The notes beneath the pieces were generated by a model. That model did no database searches. It worked only from the letters and a program-made list of their open reading frames with translations, and was not told the DNA's origin. Positions 56,980-64,000 of a stretch of DNA of 64,000 nucleotides are shown here, in pieces. The translations under genes were made by a program, and so were the position numbers. Location: NCBI GenBank assembly GCA_051252135.1, contig JBPOGH010000005.1, positions 64,001 through 128,000 of the forward strand, written 5' to 3'. Position 1 is the first letter of the stretch; every line of letters starts with the position of its first letter. This stretch comes from Verrucomicrobiaceae bacterium. Its GTDB lineage: Bacteria; Verrucomicrobiota; Verrucomicrobiia; Verrucomicrobiales; Akkermansiaceae.

Positions 56980-59073
56980 TTACTTCTTCCTCTTCTCTTC
57001 CTCGCGCTCCTTGGCCTCCGCGATCACCTTGTCGGAAATCATCTTCGGACATGCCGCATAGTGCTCGAATTCCATCGAGAACTGACCACGACCGGAGGTC
57101 ATCGTGCGGAGGTCACCAATGTAACCAAACATCTCGGAAAGAGGTGCCTGGGCCTTGATGCGGATACCGCCGGAAGCAGTGTCCTGTGACTGAATCATAC
57201 CACGGCGACGGTTCAGGTCACCGATGACATCACCGACGTGATCCTCGGGAGTGAACACATCCAGCTTCATGATCGGCTCGAGGATTTGCACTCCGGCCTT
57301 GGGCACGGACTGACGATAGGCGGCTCTTGCCGCGATTTCGAACGCCACAGCCGAGGAGTCCACAGCGTGGAATGCTCCATCGGAAAGAGTCACCTTAAAG
57401 TCCAAACAAGGATAACCGGCAAGCACACCCTTATCGAGTGAAGTCTTGAAGCCCTTCTCGACCGCAGACCAGAATTCCTTGGGAACGTTTCCGCCCACCA
57501 CTTTCGATTCAAACTGGAAACCTTCACCCGGCTCAAGCGGAGTCAGGGTGTAGTCAATCTTAGCAAACTGACCGGAACCACCGGACTGCTTCTTGTGAGT
57601 GTAGCTGTCGCTGAGTTCCTTGGTGATCGTCTCGCGGTAAGCCACCTGGGGAGCTCCCACAATCACTTCAACCTTGTGAGTCCGCTTCAGGATATCAACT
57701 TTAATGTCGAGGTGAAGCTCACCCATTCCCTTAAGAATGGTCTCACCGGAATCCAGATCGGTTTCAACACGGAAGGAGGGATCCTCCTGGATCATCTTAC
57801 CAAGAGCATTACCAAGCTTCTCCGCATTGGCCTTGTCAATCGGCGAAACCGCGAGGGAAATCACGGGATCCGGGAACACCATGGGCTCGAGAGTCGCAGG
57901 GTTGTTCTTGTCACACAAAGTGTGACCCGTTTGAACATTCTTAAGTCCAACAAGTGCGATGATGTCACCCGCCTGCGCGCTATCGAGCTCGGTCCGGGCA
58001 TCAGCATGCATCTCGACAAGACGGCCAACACGCTCGGTCTTGCCGGTGAAAGTATTGAGAATCGTGTCTCCCTTCTTGAGAGTACCCGAGTAAATCCGGG
58101 TGAAGGTCAGGGCGCCGAACTGGTCGTCCATGATCTTGAAGGCAAGCGCACGCAGCGGACCGTTGGCATCCGCAACAGCCACTTCACCGGTCTCATTGCC
58201 TTCGTCATCAAACTCGGGCTCCGGCTCCACCTCGAGAGGAGAAGGCAGGTAGTCCACCACAGCATTGAGGACATTCTGAACACCCTTGTTCTTAAATGCC
58301 GATCCACAGAAGGCCGGGAAGAAATCGAGGGCAATCGTTCCCTTGCGGATACAACGCTTGATGGTCGCAATGTCAGGCATGTTTCCTTCAAGGTAGGCTT
58401 CCATGACTTCATCGTCCTGCTCAACCGCAGTCTCGATCAACTCGTCGTGATACTTCTGGGCCTTCTCCTTGAGTTCCTCGGGAATCTCGGTGATTTCATA
58501 GTTCTCGGGAAGACCGGAATCATCCCAAACCCATGCTTTCATCTCAAGAACATCGACAACTCCCACGAAGGTGTCCTCAAAGCCAATCGGAATGGTCATC
58601 ACAAGCGGCTTCGCACCAAGGACATCCTTGGTCTGCTGAATCACGCGGAAGAAATCAGCACCAACCCGGTCCAGCTTGTTCACGAAGATGATCCGGGCCA
58701 CCTCCGAATCGTTCGCGTAGCGCCAGTTGGTCTCGGACTGTGGCTCAACACCACCGGATCCGCAGAACACACCCACGCCGCCATCAAGAACCTTCAGGGA
58801 ACGGTAAACCTCAATCGTGAAGTCAACGTGCCCCGGAGTATCGATGATGTTCATCCGGTGGTCATTCCAGAAACATGTGGTAGCAGCGGACTGAATCGTA
58901 ATTCCCCGCTCTGCTTCCTGCTCCATGAAGTCAGTGGTGGACTCACCATCGTGAACCTCACCCGTTTTGTGAATTTTACCAGTGAGCTTAAGAATACGCT
59001 CGGTAGTTGTGGTTTTTCCAGCATCCACGTGCGCGAAGATGCCGATGTTCCGGTATTTGGTGAGGTCAATCAT
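56980..59073 (-). CDS. fusA: Elongation factor G
   Basis: [50 protein letters not shown]. Confidence 0.97.
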   Translation of the reverse strand: MIDLTKYRNIGIFAHVDAGKTTTTERILKLTGKIHKTGEVHDGESTTDFMEQEAERGITIQSAATTCFWNDHRMNIIDTPGHVDFTIEVYRSLKVLDGGVGVFCGSGGVEPQSETNWRYANDSEVARIIFVNKLDRVGADFFRVIQQTKDVLGAKPLVMTIPIGFEDTFVGVVDVLEMKAWVWDDSGLPENYEITEIPEELKEKAQKYHDELIETAVEQDDEVMEAYLEGNMPDIATIKRCIRKGTIALDFFPAFCGSAFKNKGVQNVLNAVVDYLPSPLEVEPEPEFDDEGNETGEVAVADANGPLRALAFKIMDDQFGALTFTRIYSGTLKKGDTILNTFTGKTERVGRLVEMHADARTELDSAQAGDIIALVGLKNVQTGHTLCDKNNPATLEPMVFPDPVISLAVSPIDKANAEKLGNALGKMIQEDPSFRVETDLDSGETILKGMGELHLDIKVDILKRTHKVEVIVGAPQVAYRETITKELSDSYTHKKQSGGSGQFAKIDYTLTPLEPGEGFQFESKVVGGNVPKEFWSAVEKGFKTSLDKGVLAGYPCLDFKVTLSDGAFHAVDSSAVAFEIAARAAYRQSVPKAGVQILEPIMKLDVFTPEDHVGDVIGDLNRRRGMIQSQDTASGGIRIKAQAPLSEMFGYIGDLRTMTSGRGQFSMEFEHYAACPKMISDKVIAEAKEREEEKRKK

Positions 59074-59173
59074 GATCTGTATCTCTGGAAGGGCGCGGTT
59101 TATGCCCAGAGAGAGGGTTTTGTCGAGCCTAGAGCGCGACTTTTTCCACTTCTCCGAGCAATTTCCGCCAACA

Positions 59174-59896
59174 TCACTTCGTGATTTTCAACTGAATATC
59201 CTTATAAAATACCGTGCTCTTGGGGTCATGTGCCTGAAAGGCGATCGTCCCCTTGGCCAACTTCCGTCCCCGCATCGAATCATTCGGTCCGTTCCAGCCC
59301 TCCGGCTCGGTATACTCCACCGTCTTCTCGCCATTGATCTTAAGCGTAATCTGAGACCCTTTCACAATGATGTGATAGTCAAACCACTCCTCATCCTTCG
59401 TCACCGCCTCCTTGATCACCATGTTCACCGCCCCATCCTTCATTTCAACATAGGGCGCCTGGTCCAAGTCGGACTCCACCCACAGATTCACCACCCCATA
59501 AAGACTCCCGCTTCGCTTCTTGTCACTCTGCGAAGAATTCACCTGCGCCTCATATCCCGCCGAAGGCCAACCCTCTTCCTGATACTGCGTCGCAAAATAT
59601 ACCCCCGAATTGGACCCCGCCGTCGTCTTGGCCTTCAACTTAAGCTCAAAATCACGAAATCCCGCATCTCCCTGCTCCCCCACGTAAAACAAATGTGCCC
59701 GATCACCGGTCACCTTCAACACCCCACCCTCTTCCACCGAAAACGCCGCCGGATTGTCCTTGCTCGACTTCCACCCCTTCAACGACTTCCCGTCGAAAAT
59801 TGGAGTAAACCCCTCTTCGGCCATCATAGCACCCGCAGCCACCAGACTGCCCATCATCAACGATATCATCTTACGCATGGTCCACCCCATACGCAC
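59174..59896 (-). CDS. DUF1080 (3-keto-disaccharide hydrolase-like) secreted protein
   Basis: FDGKSL.GW, F.DFELKL, NSGVYF, GYEAQ, GSLY, IAFQ.HD, V.YKDI. Confidence 0.9.
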   Translation of the reverse strand: MRMGWTMRKMISLMMGSLVAAGAMMAEEGFTPIFDGKSLKGWKSSKDNPAAFSVEEGGVLKVTGDRAHLFYVGEQGDAGFRDFELKLKAKTTAGSNSGVYFATQYQEEGWPSAGYEAQVNSSQSDKKRSGSLYGVVNLWVESDLDQAPYVEMKDGAVNMVIKEAVTKDEEWFDYHIIVKGSQITLKINGEKTVEYTEPEGWNGPNDSMRGRKLAKGTIAFQAHDPKSTVFYKDIQLKITK

Positions 59897-59916
59897 TCAA
59901 CCGCCCAAAACCTTCA

Positions 59917-61293
59917 CTAAAACCGCTCCGGATTCTCTTCTTTCCACAATTTCCAGCACGCCAAAAACCCCGGAGCAAAATCATCCGGACAGGCCCTCAC
60001 CCAGGCCTCAATCTGCCCCATCGAAAACCACCGCCCATACTCAATCTCCGCACAAGGAAACTTCACCTTCCCCTGCGCCAACGTCGCATACAGCCGCACG
60101 TGCTCCCATCCCGTGTTCGCATGAGCCCCCAATTTCCCCACTTCCAGCAAATCGTGATCCTTCAAGCCCAGCTCCTCACCCAACTCGCGCACCGCACACC
60201 CCTCATACTCCTCCCCCGCATCCACATGCCCCGCCGCACTGGAATCCCAAAGCCCCGGGCACTTGTCCTTCAACCGTGATCTCTTCTGCAGAAAAATGTC
60301 CCCCGCCTTGTTCAGCGCAAAAATATGCACCGCCCGATGCTTCAGATCGTCGCGATGAATCACATCTCTGCGCTCCGAACCAATGACCTCGTCATGTTCA
60401 TCCACCACCGCCAACATCTCGCCATCCCCCTGACCTTCGTCCTTCGAAAAGTCGGGATCCACCTCACGCGTCAAGGCCACCCACTCGTCCAAACTCAACT
60501 CCTCCGCGCGGGCCATCGGGTTCAAATTCAATTTCCCGCTCACCGCCTCCCAGTCAACATCGGCCGGAAGATTCTTCCGCAACTGCTTCCGCCGCTGCGA
60601 AAAACCACGCCGCACCAACTCGTCGAACAAAATCCGGTCATGCACCGGCAAGGCTTCCTGCCGCGGCTCCAGCGTCATCACCGTGGAATCAATCATCGGC
60701 TGCGGGTAGAAACAGCTCGGCGGAACCACCTTCACCCGCTCCCCCTGCCACTCACACTGCATTCGCAACGTCAGCACCCCGTAATCCTTGCAGCGCGGCC
60801 CCGCCAAAATCCGGTCAATCATCTCCTTCTGCAGCATCAGCACCGCCTTGGAAAACGCCGACGGACCCTTCAAAAAATTCCGCAAAATCGCCCCCCCGGC
60901 CGAATACGGCAGATTCCCCAACAACTTCACCGGACGCTCCGCAAAAAATTCCCGCGTATCCACCTTCACCGCGTCATCATTGACCACCACCACGTCATCC
61001 CGCCCGCCGAAACGCCGCTTGAGATAGTCCGCCAAACGACGGTCATACTCGATCAAAATCACCTTCTTCGCCTTCCCCACCACATGCTCCGTCAACGCCC
61101 CCGTCCCCGGCCCCACTTCCACCACCGTATCCTCCGGCTGAATGTCCAACTGACCCACAATCCACTCCGCCGTATTCTGATCGACCAAAAAATTCTGCCC
61201 CAGCTTCCGCGATGGGACCACCCCCACCTCCGCAAGCACTTCCTTTAATTCAGTCGCCGTCACCCCTGTCCTTTGAATTGCCGGACCCTCCAA
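59917..61293 (-). CDS. rsmA: RsmA/KsgA dimethyladenosine transferase fused to a C-terminal Nudix (Idi-like) domain
   Basis: LGQNFL, EVGPGTG, GNLPY, QKE, F.QRRK.L, RAEEL; then HRAVH, LQKRS..K...PG.WD.S.AGH...GE......REL.EELG. The true start may be GTG ~61263. Confidence 0.93.
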   Translation of the reverse strand: MEGPAIQRTGVTATELKEVLAEVGVVPSRKLGQNFLVDQNTAEWIVGQLDIQPEDTVVEVGPGTGALTEHVVGKAKKVILIEYDRRLADYLKRRFGGRDDVVVVNDDAVKVDTREFFAERPVKLLGNLPYSAGGAILRNFLKGPSAFSKAVLMLQKEMIDRILAGPRCKDYGVLTLRMQCEWQGERVKVVPPSCFYPQPMIDSTVMTLEPRQEALPVHDRILFDELVRRGFSQRRKQLRKNLPADVDWEAVSGKLNLNPMARAEELSLDEWVALTREVDPDFSKDEGQGDGEMLAVVDEHDEVIGSERRDVIHRDDLKHRAVHIFALNKAGDIFLQKRSRLKDKCPGLWDSSAAGHVDAGEEYEGCAVRELGEELGLKDHDLLEVGKLGAHANTGWEHVRLYATLAQGKVKFPCAEIEYGRWFSMGQIEAWVRACPDDFAPGFLACWKLWKEENPERF

Positions 61294-61318
61294 TGTCCAC
61301 TAAAATCACTCCGCAACC

Positions 61319-61891
61319 ATGACCTTCGCCACCCAAATCACCCTCTTCCGCCTCCTCCTGGTGCCGGTGTTTTGCGTCCTCGCCATCTATTACGGCGAGT
61401 CGGTCAAGTCCGCCTCCCCCGATGAATCACTCCGCTGGTGGGCCGTCGCCACCTACATCACCGCCGCCGCACTCGATGGCCTCGATGGCTTCGTCGCCCG
61501 CCGCTTCAATCAACAATCCCTCCTCGGATCCATCCTCGACCCCCTCACCGACAAAGCCCTCCTCCTCACCGGGCTCATCACCCTCTCCATCGTCGAATGG
61601 GGCCAGGACTGGCACCTCCCCATCTGGTTCGTCGCCCTCGTCATCGTCCGTGATATCGAAATCATCGTCGGCATCTGGATCCTCTACTTCATCAACCACC
61701 GCGTCCCCATCAAACCCCACTGGACCGGAAAGGTCTGCACCGTCACCCAAATGATCGCCCTCGGCTGGGTCATGCTCAAGCTCTTCGATCTCTCACCCCT
61801 CTACCCCACCATCCTTGCCACCATTTTCACCATCTGGTCCGGCTACGCCTACTTCTGCGAGGGCCTCCGTCAGCTCAAAAAAGTCAACTGA
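61319..61891 (+). CDS. CDP-alcohol phosphatidyltransferase (PgsA-like)
   Basis: DGLDG.VAR......LG..LDP..DK motif. Confidence 0.92.
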   Translation: MTFATQITLFRLLLVPVFCVLAIYYGESVKSASPDESLRWWAVATYITAAALDGLDGFVARRFNQQSLLGSILDPLTDKALLLTGLITLSIVEWGQDWHLPIWFVALVIVRDIEIIVGIWILYFINHRVPIKPHWTGKVCTVTQMIALGWVMLKLFDLSPLYPTILATIFTIWSGYAYFCEGLRQLKKVN

Positions 61892-61931
61892 TGACACTTG
61901 TCATCACGCCCTTCCCCTTTACCTTTCTCCC

Positions 61932-62744
61932 GTGTCCTTTCTCGAGCTCCACGACCTCAAAACCCACTTCCCTGTTCGGAAAGGCGGCTTTCTCTCCAAA
62001 TCGGATTCCGTCATCAAAGCCGTCGACGGAGTCACCCTCAGCATCGAAAAAGGCAAAATCCTCGGCCTCGTCGGTGAATCGGGATGCGGAAAGTCCACCC
62101 TCTCCCGCACCGTCATGCAGCTCCAGCCTCCAACCGATGGCAAGGTCATCCTCGAGGGCGAAGTCCTCACCGACCTCCCCTCCTCGGTCATCCGCCGGAA
62201 GCGCCTGGATTTCCAAATGATCTTCCAGGACCCCTATGCGTCTCTCAACCCACGCATGACCATCTACTCCACCCTCGCCGAAGCCGTCCGCCAGCGACAC
62301 CCTCAGCTCAAGGGAAAAGGCAACAGGGACCAGCTCACCGACCGCGTCGCCAAGCTCATGGCCACCGTTGGACTTGATTCCCGCTACATGCGCAAATATC
62401 CCCACGAGTTTTCCGGCGGACAACGCCAGCGCATCGCCATCGCCCGCGCCCTCGCCCCCGAGCCCAAGCTCATCCTCGCGGACGAACCCGTCTCCGCCCT
62501 CGATGTCTCCATCCAGTCCCAAATCCTCAACCTCCTCCTCGATCTCCGTGACGATTTGGGACTTACCATGATTTTCATCTCGCATGACTTGTCCGTCGTG
62601 CGCTACATCGCCGACGACATCGCTGTCATGTATAAAGGTCGGATTGTGGAATACGGAGACGCCGAAGAGGTCTTCCATAACCCTCAAGCCGACTACACCA
62701 AGAAGCTCATTTCCGCCATTCCTCACATCAACGCCACCGCATAA
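61932..62744 (+). CDS. Oligopeptide/dipeptide ABC transporter ATP-binding subunit
   Basis: GESGCGKS, FQDPY.SLNPR, FSGGQRQR, DEPVSALD, ISHD. GTG start assumed. Confidence 0.93.
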   Translation: MSFLELHDLKTHFPVRKGGFLSKSDSVIKAVDGVTLSIEKGKILGLVGESGCGKSTLSRTVMQLQPPTDGKVILEGEVLTDLPSSVIRRKRLDFQMIFQDPYASLNPRMTIYSTLAEAVRQRHPQLKGKGNRDQLTDRVAKLMATVGLDSRYMRKYPHEFSGGQRQRIAIARALAPEPKLILADEPVSALDVSIQSQILNLLLDLRDDLGLTMIFISHDLSVVRYIADDIAVMYKGRIVEYGDAEEVFHNPQADYTKKLISAIPHINATA

Positions 62745-62756
62745 CCCCTTACCTGC

Positions 62757-63167
62757 ATGGACCCCACAACCTACAAAATCATTCACCTCGCCGGCCTCAT
62801 GGGACTATTCTCCTCAATCGGCGGATTGATCGGAGCTGACGTCAGAAAACCCGCCACTCTTCGGGCATACACCATCGTCCACGGTGTCTCTCTCCTCCTC
62901 CTTCTCATCAGCGGCGTCGGAATGCAGACCAAACTCTTCTACTCCATGGGCTCCATCTGGATCATTGCCAAGCTTGCCATCTGGGCCTTCATGGGGGCCT
63001 CAATTGTCATCCTCAAGCGCCGCCTCATGCCCGTGGGCGCAGCATGGGCCCTCACCCTCATCCTCGGAGTCACCGCCGCCGTTCTTGCCCTTAAGAAGCC
63101 CGGTCACAAGATGAAGGAAATCCCGGCCCCCACCAGCGCCCTCACCACCCAGGTGAACCAAAGCTAG
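62757..63167 (+). CDS. Small multi-pass membrane protein
   Basis: Four hydrophobic helices; YKIIH..G, HG..L. Confidence 0.8.
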   Translation: MDPTTYKIIHLAGLMGLFSSIGGLIGADVRKPATLRAYTIVHGVSLLLLLISGVGMQTKLFYSMGSIWIIAKLAIWAFMGASIVILKRRLMPVGAAWALTLILGVTAAVLALKKPGHKMKEIPAPTSALTTQVNQS

Positions 63168-63195
63168 TCACACCTATTCACGTTTTACTCACATT

Positions 63196-63232
63196 AAAAA
63201 AGCCCGTCAGCTCAACACTGACGGGCTTCTTT
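63196..63232. terminator. Bidirectional intrinsic terminator
   Basis: AAAAAAGCCCGTCAG-CTCAACA-CTGACGGGCTTCTTT between convergent genes. Confidence 0.85.
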
Positions 63233-63251
63233 GTGAATACTTGCGGACGAT

Positions 63252-64000
63252 CTAGACCACCTGATGCTGACCTGGAACCGGAGCAGGATAAAGACCGTCA
63301 GGTCCGGGCTTCGGTCCGGGATCGGCATCCCATGCGTAACGTTCGGGCATGATCGAAATCTTGGACGCCAACGCATCGTCGTAACTCAGCTCCTTGCCTG
63401 AATACGTCGCCATCCGGCCCAAAATCGCCGTCATCGTGCTTGCCGCCGTATAATACGCATTGTTGATCGGCTTGTCCTCACGGATGTGTCGATACAGCAC
63501 ATCATGCTCCGTTTGGTAGGGATCGTTGTTCTCACCCCGGAAACGCCAAATCATCTTCCCGTTCCGGTCATAAAGTTTCCCCGGCGTCGCCCGGCCATTC
63601 TGCGTCCCGATCACTTCGGTCACACGGTTCAAAGTGTCCTTCTGATGCCGGCATTGCGAGTTCATCACGCTGCCATCGGCAAAGGTATACTCCACATAGT
63701 GATGATCATAAATTTCTCCAAACTCAGGCCCAACCCGCACCTGACGCCCACCCATCCCTTGCGCCTTCACCGGTGGTCCGCCTTTGAACCAGTTCATCAC
63801 ATCGATATTGTGCACATGCTGCTCCACGATGTGATCACCGCACAACCAATTGAAATAATACCAATTCCGCATCTGATATTCCATCTCCGTCATCCCCTCC
63901 TTGCGATCACGGACCCACACTCCGCCACTGTTCCAATAGACCTGCGCGGAAGTAATATCTCCGATCACCCCCTCCTTGATCTTCGCCAGCGTCTCGATGT
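63252..64000 (-). CDS. Gfo/Idh/MocA oxidoreductase, C-terminal part (5' truncated)
   Basis: RNWY.F.WLCGDHIVEQH.HN.D, GMGGR, AILGRMA.YSG. Confidence 0.9.
   Translation of the reverse strand, partial: IETLAKIKEGVIGDITSAQVYWNSGGVWVRDRKEGMTEMEYQMRNWYYFNWLCGDHIVEQHVHNIDVMNWFKGGPPVKAQGMGGRQVRVGPEFGEIYDHHYVEYTFADGSVMNSQCRHQKDTLNRVTEVIGTQNGRATPGKLYDRNGKMIWRFRGENNDPYQTEHDVLYRHIREDKPINNAYYTAASTMTAILGRMATYSGKELSYDDALASKISIMPERYAWDADPGPKPGPDGLYPAPVPGQHQVV

Noticed and set aside
57595..59184. 529-aa plus-strand ORF
   Set aside because: Antisense shadow of fusA.
1..64000. tRNA or rRNA genes
   Set aside because: No cloverleaf or rRNA-like segment was recognised. Intergenic gaps are short and otherwise explained.

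Overview
High-GC bacterial chromosome segment. Gene content and protein architectures suggest Verrucomicrobiales (inference). It opens with a type II-C CRISPR-Cas locus: the 3' part of cas9, a putative tracrRNA anti-repeat, cas1, cas2 and 46 identical 36-bp repeats with 45 spacers. The array is apparently transcribed antisense to the cas genes, with a sigma70-like promoter in each repeat and a terminator next to cas2. The most striking accessory region is 9.3-13.8 kb. Two tandem NrtR-type operators precede an operon encoding an NrtR (Nudix-wHTH, ADP-ribose-sensing) repressor, a compact Major-Vault-Protein-like protein (3 vault-type repeats, SPFH/shoulder domain, long coiled coil), an FRG-domain protein (candidate ADP-ribosyltransferase fold) and an ADP-ribosylglycohydrolase. 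A convergent vapBC pair closes the region. Together these make a candidate bacterial 'mini-vault/ADP-ribosylation' system. The rest is mostly housekeeping (pyrD, argB, tatC, aroG-type DAHP synthase, argH, trmB, glgA, rsmB, trmD, fusA, rsmA). It also holds a cobalamin riboswitch with a TonB receptor, a pspA-small membrane protein-AAA ATPase operon, tandem cyclophilins, and several large secreted proteins sharing a C-terminal motif. All calls are from motif recognition by eye; no database search was run.
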